A stretch of DNA of 64,000 nt. Source: a virus. Its lineage: Duplodnaviria; Heunggongvirae; Uroviricota; Caudoviricetes. Positions 49,762-60,007 of this stretch are shown here, piece after piece. Where the stretch lies: IMG/VR virus record IMGVR_UViG_3300029705_000054, positions 1,687-65,686 of that record. The stretch is one strand, 5' to 3'. Position 1 is the stretch's first letter, and each line of letters starts with the position of its first letter. Under the pieces are notes generated by a model. The model ran no database searches and was not told the DNA's origin. It saw only the letters and a program-made list of their open reading frames with translations. Made by a program: the position numbers and the translations under genes.

Positions 49762-52104
49762 ATGGATAATAATAAACAAATAAACATATGTGATGAATTA
49801 TCAAATAACTTTATAGATTTTAGTTATGAAGCCAATTCATGTCGTGCTTTTGCTGACGCAAGAGACGGCTTAAAACCAGGTCAACGCGCTTGTCTTTGGG
49901 AAATGTATCATAAAGGATATCTTTCTTCTAAACCAACAGTAAAAGGCGCAAAAGTAGCTGGCGCAGTATCGGGTAACTGGTGGCCGCACGGAGATGTAGC
50001 TATCTATGAAACTTTTACTCGTATGTCTCAGCCATGGATTAATAATGTTCCAGAAGTAGACTGGAAAGGAAATAATGGTTCTCAAATTATTCCTGACTCA
50101 GCCGCTTCTTCAAGGTATACAGAAACTCGTCTTTCAAAAGCAACTGAAGAGGGTATGTTCCATGCTATTAAAAAGCGAGTAGTAAAAATGATTCCCAACT
50201 ATTCTGAAGACGATGAATGGCCAGAGGTTCTTCCTGCGATTTTCCCTCGCTTAATGGTAAATGGATGTCAAGGAATAGGAAGCACAATAGCAAACGTATG
50301 GTTGCCGCATAACTTAACTGATATAGGAAATGTTATTCTTAACTATATTGAAACTAACACTGTTGATTTTACAGGCTTAGCTCCAGATTTTCCTACGGGA
50401 TGTCAGATAATTAATAAAAACGATTTAGCGCCTATTTATGCAACAGGCAAAGGCAAAGTCACACTTAGGGCAAGAGCAGATATAGTAAAAGACCATATCT
50501 ATTTTAGAGAACTTCCTTATCAGGTGTATGTTGAGCCTCTTATTGAAAAAATTAAAGAGCTTGCATCAAAAGGCGAAATCACTGGCGTAGATGCGGTTTA
50601 TAATAGAAGTAGTAAAAAGGGTATTGAAATAGATGTAGAATGTGGTGAAAATCCCGATGCAGTATTAAAACAGCTGTATTCTAAGACTGATTTACAAAAA
50701 TCATATAGCGCAAACCAATGGGCGCTTGTGGGTAAAACTCCAAGACTTCTTACTCTTAAAGACTATTGTGAGATTTATGTAGACCATAATTTACTTTGTA
50801 TTCAAAATGAAGCACAGTTTGATTTGGAAAAGGCGCAAGATAGACTTCATATCGTTGAAGGACTTCTTCATGCATTGGAAGATATCGATAACATTATCGC
50901 GCTCATTAAGACATCTGCAAGTGCGGCGGCCGCTAAGGATGCGTTAATCGCCACCTATAAGTTCTCTGAAGCACAAGCAAAAGCTATCGTAGATATGAAA
51001 CTTGGTAAGCTCGCTGGACTTGAAAAGGTTGAGCTGAATCAAGAGGCAAACGAACTCCACAAAGAAGTTGAGGAATTAAATACCCTCTTCCTTAACGAAA
51101 CCAAGCAGCGTGAAGTATTGCGCGAACGCCTTACCGCATTCATTAAGAAATATGGTGACTCACGCAGAACTGGTCTTGAGCAGATCGAGCTTCCCAAGGT
51201 AGAGAAGGAAATCGAAACCGTAGTACCTGAAGACTGCGTAGTAATAGCGACACAAAATGGCGATATTAAGAGAGTGCCCGCCGCATCTTTTAAAACGCAA
51301 AAGCGCAACGGCAAAGGCGTAAAGACAACAGATGACGCAATCCTTGACATGATTTCTACCAACACTGTCGATACTTTAATGTTCTTTACTGATAAAGGTA
51401 AAATGTATCGTCTATTGGTAGATAAAGTTCCTACTGGCACTAATGCTTCGAAGGGCGGACGCATCGGCGCCTTGATTAATATAGAAGCAGATGAAAAAGT
51501 AGTAGCTATGACTTCACTATATCGCAAGAGTCAAGCAGAATATGTTATCTTTATTACAAAGCAGGGACTTTTCAAAAAGACAAAGTTAGAAGAATATCTC
51601 CAAACAAAACGAGCAACAGGTATTACCGCAATTAAGTTTAAGGAAGGTGATTCACTTGCTACTGTTACTTTTGCTAATGAAGAAGATTTTATCATTCTTA
51701 CAAAACAAGGAATGAGTATTCGCTTTGAAACGAAAGAGATTGCTCCTATTGGGCGCGTAACCTCTGGTGTAAAGAGCATTAAATTAAACGAGGGTGATGA
51801 GGTTTTAACTGGTTTGCCTATTAAGCATAAGACTGATACTCTTGCAACATTTAGCGCGAATGGTATGGGGCGCAAGACCTTGCTTGAAGAATTCCCTGTC
51901 CAGGGTAGAGGTGGCAAGGGCCTAAAGATAGGAAGTGGAGACCTGGCTGGCGCAGCGTTGATTAGCGATGAAGATAATCTTCTCATAGTCGGTTCGCCAA
52001 ATAGCATCTGCATATCAGCCACTGAAATTCCGCTCTTAGCGCGCACGGCGCAAGGTAATATAATGATTAAAAATAGTACCATAAAAGGAGTAATTAAAAT
52101 ATGA
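49762..52104 (+). CDS. type II DNA topoisomerase DNA-cleavage subunit (GyrA/ParC/T4 gp52-like)
   Basis: N-terminal DGLKPGQRACLWEMY signature of GyrA/ParC, 780 aa. Confidence 0.7.
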   Translation: MDNNKQINICDELSNNFIDFSYEANSCRAFADARDGLKPGQRACLWEMYHKGYLSSKPTVKGAKVAGAVSGNWWPHGDVAIYETFTRMSQPWINNVPEVDWKGNNGSQIIPDSAASSRYTETRLSKATEEGMFHAIKKRVVKMIPNYSEDDEWPEVLPAIFPRLMVNGCQGIGSTIANVWLPHNLTDIGNVILNYIETNTVDFTGLAPDFPTGCQIINKNDLAPIYATGKGKVTLRARADIVKDHIYFRELPYQVYVEPLIEKIKELASKGEITGVDAVYNRSSKKGIEIDVECGENPDAVLKQLYSKTDLQKSYSANQWALVGKTPRLLTLKDYCEIYVDHNLLCIQNEAQFDLEKAQDRLHIVEGLLHALEDIDNIIALIKTSASAAAAKDALIATYKFSEAQAKAIVDMKLGKLAGLEKVELNQEANELHKEVEELNTLFLNETKQREVLRERLTAFIKKYGDSRRTGLEQIELPKVEKEIETVVPEDCVVIATQNGDIKRVPAASFKTQKRNGKGVKTTDDAILDMISTNTVDTLMFFTDKGKMYRLLVDKVPTGTNASKGGRIGALINIEADEKVVAMTSLYRKSQAEYVIFITKQGLFKKTKLEEYLQTKRATGITAIKFKEGDSLATVTFANEEDFIILTKQGMSIRFETKEIAPIGRVTSGVKSIKLNEGDEVLTGLPIKHKTDTLATFSANGMGRKTLLEEFPVQGRGGKGLKIGSGDLAGAALISDEDNLLIVGSPNSICISATEIPLLARTAQGNIMIKNSTIKGVIKI

Positions 52105-52949
52105 TAACTGAAAATCAACAATATATGGAAACTTTGGGAGCGGAATTTTCCGCTCCCGATATCCGAGATTATCGTATTGATAGTTCTAGTCTACAATCAG
52201 AATTTCCAGCTGAATTTGAATTACCAATGCCACCTGTTAAGAATCAAGGATCAGTTGGCTCTTGCGTAGCTCATTCTATTGCTTTAGTAGCAGAATATTT
52301 TAATCAACAACAATATGGCATCGCAAATGAAATAAGCGTTGGCTATATTTATGGCAATAGAGTGCCTCCATTAAATAAAACTGCTGGCATGATTACGCGT
52401 TTTGCAATTTCCAATTTTTGCGCAGATGGCGCTCCTACATTCAATGATTTTCCATTACATTGTGAAGTCCCAGATATTATTACCGCAGTAGAAAAGGCTA
52501 AAGACTCATTGGACGCACTCGCGCGCCAATTCCGTTTTACCTCTTATATTAAAGTATCAAAAGAAAAAGAAATAAAAACAGCATTAATGCAAGGCTATCC
52601 TGTTATTATTGCAGTGGACTGGTATAATGATATGAAAGTCAAAGATGGAGTTATAACCTCTAATTTCACCCAAAAGTCTGGCGGCCATGCGATGGTGCTT
52701 TATGGTTGGGATGAAAACGGTTGGAAAATTCAAAATTCTTGGAGTGTATTTTGGGGTAATCAAGGTCGTGCCGTTTGGCCCTATGATTTTAAGTTACGTG
52801 AAGCTTATGCTATTGTTGATACTGAGACCACTCCATTAAATATTAAAAAGCCGTTTAAAACCCAAAATAAGTTTTTACGCACTTTAGTTAAAATTGCCAA
52901 TAAGATATATAGTGTCTTTTATAGCTTATGGTATAGAATAAAACATTAA
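52101..52949 (+). CDS. papain-like (C1 family) cysteine peptidase
   Basis: Catalytic-Cys motif NQGSVGSCVAHS, His in GGHAMVLYGW, Asn in NSWSVFWG. ATGA overlap with the topoisomerase stop. Confidence 0.55.
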   Translation: MITENQQYMETLGAEFSAPDIRDYRIDSSSLQSEFPAEFELPMPPVKNQGSVGSCVAHSIALVAEYFNQQQYGIANEISVGYIYGNRVPPLNKTAGMITRFAISNFCADGAPTFNDFPLHCEVPDIITAVEKAKDSLDALARQFRFTSYIKVSKEKEIKTALMQGYPVIIAVDWYNDMKVKDGVITSNFTQKSGGHAMVLYGWDENGWKIQNSWSVFWGNQGRAVWPYDFKLREAYAIVDTETTPLNIKKPFKTQNKFLRTLVKIANKIYSVFYSLWYRIKH

Positions 52950-53035
52950 GAGGGTTATATTAACCCTCTTATTTTGATTTTTTATTAAAAATATGTTATA
53001 ATTTATTATAAGAATGAAAAAGAGGAGAAAGAGAA

Positions 53036-55048
53036 ATGGCTAATTATACAAGAATGAAAGAGCTTATTGAGTTTCTAAATCATCATCAAGAGCTTTATGA
53101 TAAAAGTACCCCTGCAATTAGCGATAAAGAGTGGGATGATGCCTATTTTGAATTAAAGAATCTTGAAGAAGTTGCTGGAGAAAGCCTACCTGGATCTCCA
53201 ACTCAAAAGATAAGATATGAAGTTGTATCGGAGCTTCGCAAAGTATCTCATGATGAAGACTTTCCTATGCTTTCTCTTGATAAGACAAAAGAGATTGCTG
53301 ATATCGAAGATAAATTTGGAAATAAGCAATGGATTGCAATGGCTAAATGTGATGGTCTATCATGTCGTCTTATCTATCAAGGCGGGCGCCTAATTCAAGC
53401 GGCTACTCGAGGCAATGGCGAGGTGGGAGAGGATATCACACACAACGCTAAAGTTGTAAAAAATATACCCAAGTGGATTCCGCATGATGGCAGACTTGTA
53501 GTCGATGGAGAGATAGTCTGTTTTTCGCAAGACTTTGCACCTTTTGCAGAGGAGTATGCTAACTCAAGAAACTTTGCGGCGGGTAGTATTAGATTGCTTG
53601 ACAGCGCTGAGTCTGCAAAGCGAAATTTGAGTTTTATTGCGTGGGACTGTATTTATGACGATAAAAGTGAAAGTAACTTTTTATCAGCTCAACTCGAAGA
53701 TTTAAGTCTTTATGGGTTTGAGGTTGTCTCCTGGAGCGTTTCAGGAAGTCAATCTATAACAGAAGCAATAGATAGTTTAAAATGGGATAGTGAAAGAATA
53801 GGCTTACCTATTGATGGAGTGGTTTTTAAATTAAATAATAAAAGCGAATACTATGCCACTGGGATTACCGCCCATCATCCAAAAGCGGCAATTGCGTTTA
53901 AATTTTATGATGAAGAATATGAAACCGAGCTATTAGATATTGAATGGAGTATGGGTAAAACGGGAGTGCTTAGTCCAGTTGCTATTTATCGAGAAATAGA
54001 AATGGAAAATACAATGTGCTCAAGAGCAAGCCTTCATAATATCAATACTTTAGTCGAGATTCTTGGTGAATATCCCTATGTAGGACAAAAAATAAAAACA
54101 TATAAGGCATTAATGATTAATCCTCAAGTAAGTTGGGGGGAAAAAGCGGAAGAAATATTTGGCGCGGATCCGGGTTATTATCTTAACGATCCAGAAATTA
54201 AATTCTTATTTCCACCTAAGAAATGTCCAATCTGCGGCGCGCCAACAGAAATCAGAGAGAGCGATAGTGGAACTATTGAGCTGTATTGTTCAAGTGATAC
54301 TTGCGAAGGAAAGCTCATAAACAAGCTAGACCATTTCTGTGGTAAGAAAGGTCTCGACATTAAAGGCTTGTCTAAAGCTACCTTAGAAAAACTTATTGAC
54401 TGGGGCTGGATTACAAGAGCAAAGGATCTATTCTATCTATACCAATGCGAGTCTGAGTGGATTAATAAGCCAGGATTCGGCGCAAAGAGCGTAAAGAAGA
54501 TTTTGGATGCTATTGAAGAGGCGCGTCACACGACACTTGAGAAGTATTTAAGCGCGATTAGTATTCCGCTTATAGGGAAGACTTATGCACGTCAGTTGGC
54601 GCAGATATTTGAAACTTATCAAAACTTTAGAGTATCTGTAACTCCCGATCCTATCACTGGTATTAAACCTTTTGACTTTACACAGATTGATGGATTTGGT
54701 CCAGCAATGCATGAGGCAATCATGAGTTTTAATTATTATGAGGCAGATAGAATGGTTGATATGAATATCATTGACTTTGTCGAAGAAGAAGGCGCACTGG
54801 AAAATTCTGGAAATGCGCTTGAGGGTAAGATTTTTTGTGTCACGGGTCGAGTCCATATCTGGAAGAACCGAGACGAACTTTCAGCGGCAGTGACCGCCGC
54901 AGGTGGCAAGGTAACATCATCAGTCTCTTCAAAAACCGATTATCTCGTAAACAATGATGTTACAAGCACATCATCAAAAAATCTTAAAGCAAAAGAGCTC
55001 GGTATTCCAATTATCACTGAAGAACAGTTACAGGAGTTAATGAAATGA
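53036..55048 (+). CDS. ligA: NAD+-dependent DNA ligase (LigA)
   Basis: Adenylation motif KCDGLSCRL (KxDG), Zn-finger Cys cluster CPICG..C..C, C-terminal BRCT-like region GKIFCVTGRV. Confidence 0.75.
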   Translation: MANYTRMKELIEFLNHHQELYDKSTPAISDKEWDDAYFELKNLEEVAGESLPGSPTQKIRYEVVSELRKVSHDEDFPMLSLDKTKEIADIEDKFGNKQWIAMAKCDGLSCRLIYQGGRLIQAATRGNGEVGEDITHNAKVVKNIPKWIPHDGRLVVDGEIVCFSQDFAPFAEEYANSRNFAAGSIRLLDSAESAKRNLSFIAWDCIYDDKSESNFLSAQLEDLSLYGFEVVSWSVSGSQSITEAIDSLKWDSERIGLPIDGVVFKLNNKSEYYATGITAHHPKAAIAFKFYDEEYETELLDIEWSMGKTGVLSPVAIYREIEMENTMCSRASLHNINTLVEILGEYPYVGQKIKTYKALMINPQVSWGEKAEEIFGADPGYYLNDPEIKFLFPPKKCPICGAPTEIRESDSGTIELYCSSDTCEGKLINKLDHFCGKKGLDIKGLSKATLEKLIDWGWITRAKDLFYLYQCESEWINKPGFGAKSVKKILDAIEEARHTTLEKYLSAISIPLIGKTYARQLAQIFETYQNFRVSVTPDPITGIKPFDFTQIDGFGPAMHEAIMSFNYYEADRMVDMNIIDFVEEEGALENSGNALEGKIFCVTGRVHIWKNRDELSAAVTAAGGKVTSSVSSKTDYLVNNDVTSTSSKNLKAKELGIPIITEEQLQELMK

Positions 55049-55296
55049 AAGTTAACATAAACTTAAAAGATTCAAATAGTCATGCGCCAATGAACCGAGA
55101 GCAGCGTAAGGCAATGCATAAGCGCCTTATGCCTAAAATTAAGCGCATTGTAGAACTCGAAAAGCAAATAAAAGCAGGCATTGATAAAGACGCAGCTGAA
55201 ACTGAAATGACCCAAATCATTGAAAGCTGCACAATGATTGAGATGTTTGCCATCGAAGATTATATCTATAACAAGAATCTACTTGACAATCATTAA
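55045..55296 (+). CDS. hypothetical basic protein (83 aa)
   Basis: ATGA overlap with the ligase stop. Confidence 0.45.
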   Translation: MKVNINLKDSNSHAPMNREQRKAMHKRLMPKIKRIVELEKQIKAGIDKDAAETEMTQIIESCTMIEMFAIEDYIYNKNLLDNH

Positions 55297-55375
55297 AATT
55301 TATTATATAATTATAATAACAATAGCAGAGAATAAAAAACTGCAAATATTAAGATATAAAAGGAGAATTAAGGCA

Positions 55376-55627
55376 ATGGCTTTAAAAGACAATTCACTCA
55401 CAATTTTTAACTATGTAAGAGAGCATGATGGAGAGGACTTTACTGCATAGGATATTTCAGAAGCAACTGGTATCGGTGTAAAGTCTGTAAATGGATGCCT
55501 CACAGCAATGGCAAGACACCACGATCTTATTTATCGTGAAGAGGTTGCTGTAACTGGCGGTAAGGTAAAATATATCCGTCTAACTGAAACGGGAAAATGT
55601 TTTGATCCTGAGGCAACGGAAGACTAA
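55376..55627 (+). CDS. winged-helix DNA-binding protein with one in-frame TAG
   Basis: MALKDNSLTIFNYVREHDGEDFTA-Q-DISEATGIGVKSVNGCLTAMARHH. Similar fold pattern to 59390..59773. Confidence 0.45.
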
Positions 55628-55678
55628 TTAAAAAGGAAAATAAGGGGTAATTATGCAATTACCCCTTAAATTGTAAAG

Positions 55679-56662
55679 ATGATAGTATTATGCGTAATAT
55701 CAATTCTTCTTGGTGTGAGCGGTCTTGCTTATGGAGTATGGGTTAAAGCCACATCTGTAAAAGCTAATCGCTATACAGCAGAAGAAAATTAGAAACTAGA
55801 AGAACTCAATTAGTCATTACAAGCAACTCGCAAAAGCTTAGAAGCACAAAATAACTTATTGATAAAATCTAACAATGAAATTTCTCAAAAATATGAAGAG
55901 AACTGTAAAAAAACAAAAAATTCTTACGACGAATTAAATCAATTAACTCAATAGAAATTGTTGTTAATAAATGAAATTCAAAATAAGCAAATTGAAAAAG
56001 CAGGAATTGAGGCGCAAATTGCTGCTTTCAGCAGCTCTGTAGAGACAATGTCAGGTGACTTAAAGGCAGCTGCGCTCGCCTCCTTTGAACAATATTGTGA
56101 GACTCTTGATTATGAATATCAAAAACGCGAACAAGAGTTCGATATTGAAGTGGACACTCTTGATCAATTATATTTTGACAGACTTCAAGAACTTGATGCA
56201 AGAGAAAAAGGATTAATTGAAGAGCGACGTCAAGATATTGACACTCTTGTGCAATTATTTTATGATAAGCAATAGTCAATGTCTAAAGAATTACAAGAAG
56301 AAGAGGCGGCAATGCGCGCCGACCTAGACTCAATCCGCAAAGAGCTAGAAAAAATTCGTGCAACCAAGGCCGCCACAATGGAAGCACAACTTCGTGAAGA
56401 AGAAATTAAAAATCAAGCAACATTTTATACTCTTCAACTTAATGAGGCAGATAAGCGAGACGTGGCATATCTTCAAAGTATTGAATATAATCTACGCGAA
56501 GCAAGACCTTTGCGTATGCTTATATGGACTACTTTCTATAGAGATAAAGTCAATGACCTTGCGGCGCGCGTAGGTGCGTTGGGCGCCAGTGGAATATATA
56601 AGATAACACACATTGACTCTGGTATATCTTATATCGGACAAGCGGTCAATGTTGGCCGATGA
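55679..56662 (+). CDS. membrane-anchored coiled-coil protein whose C-terminus carries the first half of a GIY-YIG (T5orf172-like) motif. 4 in-frame TAG codons. Interrupted downstream by an endonuclease insertion
   Basis: TM helix MIVLCVISILLGVSGLAYGVWV, long coiled coil, then ..SGIYKITHIDSGISYIGQAVNVGR followed by TGA. Confidence 0.4.
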
Positions 56663-56860
56663 AAAACTTTACCTAGTAGCTGCTAGGGGTCGCTAACTTA
56701 TAGTGGCTAACGAGGAAAATATTTTTTAATAAAATACAATCTCGTGGGAAATTTTGATTAATCCATCTTCCATAAAAATAATATATATATGAACAACTGA
56801 TGAATATAACATTATAGGAGGCATAAAATGCAAAAATTATTTTTATCTAAGATGACACCA

Positions 56861-57775
56861 AATGACATTATTAGCGGAATTTATAAAATTAATTACCCAA
56901 ACGGAAAAGCTTACATTGGATAGGCTCAAAATATTCGAGCTAGACTTATGGAGCATAATTCTTATAGTCAAGCTGGACATGGTTCAAGAGAACTTCTATT
57001 GTGTGAGCAAAAAATGAAAGAATACAATATTATTATTGATGAGTTTGAATTACTTGAAACAGTTTCTGACTTATCGTTATTAGATGATAAAGAAAGATAT
57101 TGGATTTCCTTTTATAAAACCTATATTAAAGATGGACACGGATACAATAAAACCCGAGGAGGAGACGCTTCGGGGAAACGAGGGACTGAAAATCCTAATG
57201 CAGCTTTAAATGAAAATCAACTTAAAGAAATAATTGATTTGTTAATTAATCATACAGAGTTTTCTTTAACAGAGATAGGTAATAAATATGGAGTAGGACA
57301 AGGTACTATATTAAATATTTCAACAGGTAGAACCTATGTTAATCCAAACTTAGTTTACCCATTAAGAAAAAATAATCATGACTCAGCGTGTAAGACAGAA
57401 GTTTTAGATTATTTTTCCTCCGAAGAAGAGCTAGTTAATTTAAAAGAAGATTTATTGTATCGTTGGGATTTACCAATTCAAGGTGGTATAGATATTAAAT
57501 ATAATATTCCAATCAGGGTATTAAGAGACATTAATAATGGAAGAAAATTTGCAGAAATAGGGAAATATAGTTATCCTATTAGAGCAAAAAACATTCGCAA
57601 TAATCATAATTTAACTTTAGAGGATGTTTAGAATATTTTAGATCTGTTACGTAATACTAATACTTCTATGGATAATATTGGTGCACAATATAACATAGGG
57701 CGTTCAACTATAAGTAATATTAATTTAGGAAAAACTTATATTCTTAAAGATTATGATTATCCTGCTAGAAAATAA
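56861..57775 (+). CDS. GIY-YIG homing endonuclease (inserted element). One in-frame TAG. There is an apparent +1 frameshift relative to an RBS-proximal ATG at 56827, in a TTTT run
   Basis: ..YKINYPNGKAYIG-Q-AQNIRARLMEHN. Removing one T from ggaatttt (56876..56881) would give MQKLFLSKMTPNDIISGIYKINYPNGKAYIGQ, a canonical GIY start served by RBS taggagg. Confidence 0.5.
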
Positions 57776-57933
57776 TGGATTAATTGAAAAACCTGTATCG
57801 ACTATTCCCTAGGCCTTATGGGCGGGGAAGTAGGGCTATTATTAGCACATAGTAGTATTTTAGGAAACGAAGTACTTTAAATGCCGAAATGGTTTCCTGT
57901 AATAAAAATTACAGTAAAAAATAGTCAAAATTA

Positions 57934-58161
57934 ATGCAACATTAAAGAGCGCTGGGTAACGCATGTCAAATGCAGCTTAGGTATCGATACCCCTGTAACA
58001 AGTCAACTTTATGCATTTACAAAAGAAAAGGGTATTGATAACTTTACTTTTGAAATACTTGAAAAATGTAATATCAATGAATTAAATGAAAAGGAGAAGT
58101 TTTATATTGACCTCTATCAGACATATGATTTTGGACTGAATAAAACTCGCGGAAATAGTTA
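57934..58161 (+). pseudogene. 3' fragment of the interrupted GIY-YIG domain (..IKERWVTH..YAF..NFTFEILE..) with an internal frameshift near 58085
   Basis: Frame 1 reads CNIKERWVTHVKCSLGIDTPVTSQLYAFTKEKGIDNFTFEILEKCNINEIK*. The rest (KEKFYIDLYQTYDFGLNKTRGNS*) is in frame 2. Confidence 0.4.
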
Positions 58162-58611
58162 AATGTATATTAAACTAGAATGGACAGATGAAATTGGTGA
58201 TATTGAAGAAAAAGAGTTTTGGTCTTGGGGAGACTGTTTTAGCTTTGTTTTTAAAATGTACGACCAAAAATGGAAGAAAATACGCAAGGAGTTAAAATTG
58301 AAATGAAAGTAGATATTTGGATAACAACAGACGAAGGCGCAGAGTATCATGCTGAAAACCTAAGCTGGAACGAAGCTTGCGCCATAATAGTAGATAAGCA
58401 TAACCAAGAAGAACTGTTTAATCTACTTAATAATGAAGTTATTAAAGATTATATAAAGGATGTGGCAAATGAAAGTAACAAGAATTGAAATCTCTCTTGA
58501 ATGGGAGGATAGCGGCGAATTTGAGCATGAAACTTATGAAGACTCTTTTGATGATGCAATTCGCGTACTAAAGAAAATGAAAAAGAAATATCAAGATGGA
58601 ATAAAGGAGGA

Positions 58612-59307
58612 ATGGGATTAATGAAGTTTAAGAATACTGAGGTTTTTAACTTTGAAGGTGCTTTACGTGGTATGAGAAATCCGCTTAATAGCTGGGCTAA
58701 AAGCGATTCTATTTTGTGTCCAGGTAGTTGTGATAATTGTGATAAATGGCGTCTTGATTGGTCAGTGTGTCCAGGCAATATGCTTAAAGGGGCTTTTGTA
58801 ATCGGACCTAATGATATGGATCTTTGTCGTAGACTAATCAATGGAGGTCCAGAACATCGTAAATTTCTTAGACAAATCTTCGTGAGTGTAGATATTACTG
58901 CTCCTCTCTACTGGCTCAAGGAGTTTGATACCTACCGTATTGGAGTAACCGAGAATTCAACTAGCACCATGCATAAACTGGCAAGCACTCCAATTACGCT
59001 TGAATGTTTTGAGACTGATGATTTTACTAACTTCGCGGATATTGATGAAACATTAAATCCAGATACTATTATTGCTTATTGTGAAACCTTGCGTCAAAAA
59101 TATCTTGAAACAAAAGATAAGCGATATTGGAAAGAGCTTATCCGTTGGCTGCCCAATGGTTGGCTTCAAACGCGTACAGTAACTATGAATTATGAGAATC
59201 TTCGTAGTATGGCTCATCAGCGCGCCGGACACAAGCTCTCTGAGTGGCATACTTTCCTTGAGTGGGCGAATACTCTTCCCTATGCAAAAGAGCTAATCTT
59301 TGATTAA
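58612..59307 (+). CDS. hypothetical protein (231 aa)
   Basis: ORF only. No confident domain call. Confidence 0.5.
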   Translation: MGLMKFKNTEVFNFEGALRGMRNPLNSWAKSDSILCPGSCDNCDKWRLDWSVCPGNMLKGAFVIGPNDMDLCRRLINGGPEHRKFLRQIFVSVDITAPLYWLKEFDTYRIGVTENSTSTMHKLASTPITLECFETDDFTNFADIDETLNPDTIIAYCETLRQKYLETKDKRYWKELIRWLPNGWLQTRTVTMNYENLRSMAHQRAGHKLSEWHTFLEWANTLPYAKELIFD

Positions 59308-59389
59308 TTTATTGATTTTTTATACAAATTTAATTATAATTATTATATAAAATGAATAAAATAAATAGAAATGGAGATAAATTAATTAA

Positions 59390-59773
59390 ATGACAAACAA
59401 AGAAATTTTTATCAACACAGTAGAACAACTTATTGCGCATAGCAAAGATATGATTCCTACTGAAGCTATTGAATACCTTAATCAGCTTAAAGCAACACCT
59501 GAAAAGGAGAAGGCTCCTTTTACTGAAAATGGCGCAAAGGTTCTTATTTGGATGCAGGAGAATTATGAGTCTTATAACAATATTCTCAAGGCAAAGGAAA
59601 TCGGTGATGGACTTTTCTGTTCTTCGCGCACAGTGTCTGGTGCTATGAGAAAGCTTATTACTGACGGTTATGTAAGCAAGACAGAAGGAACTCCTACTTG
59701 TTATTCGCTTACAGAACTTGGGATGAGCGTAACGGTAGTAGTTCCAGAAAAGAAAACCAAGGATGAAGAATAA
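59390..59773 (+). CDS. winged-helix DNA-binding protein (127 aa)
   Basis: ..GDGLFCSSRTVSGAMRKLITDGYVSKTEGTPTCYSLTELG. Confidence 0.45.
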   Translation: MTNKEIFINTVEQLIAHSKDMIPTEAIEYLNQLKATPEKEKAPFTENGAKVLIWMQENYESYNNILKAKEIGDGLFCSSRTVSGAMRKLITDGYVSKTEGTPTCYSLTELGMSVTVVVPEKKTKDEE

Positions 59774-60007
59774 TGAGAGATTTTATAATTTTAGCAATTT
59801 CTTATATACCTTTTCCTGTTTTAGAGGAGTATCTTAAAACAAGAGGAATAACTTGCTATAATGAAGATGGAAGCTCTCGTATGACTTATGAAGTAGTTAA
59901 TGATATAATGCAGCTTCTACTTGACTAAATAAAAAATTTTTGTTATAATAAAGATATTGGACAAAAATATTAAATAAGTAAAATAATTAATAAACAAGGA
60001 GAAAGAA

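Noticed and set aside
51531-52121. 196-aa minus-strand ORF, and 51039..51527(-)
   Set aside because: Antisense shadow ORFs inside the topoisomerase subunit gene
56279-56662. Separate 127-aa gene from the ORF track
   Set aside because: It is in the same frame as 55958..56275 across a TAG codon. It is treated as the C-terminal part of the 55679..56662 recoded gene
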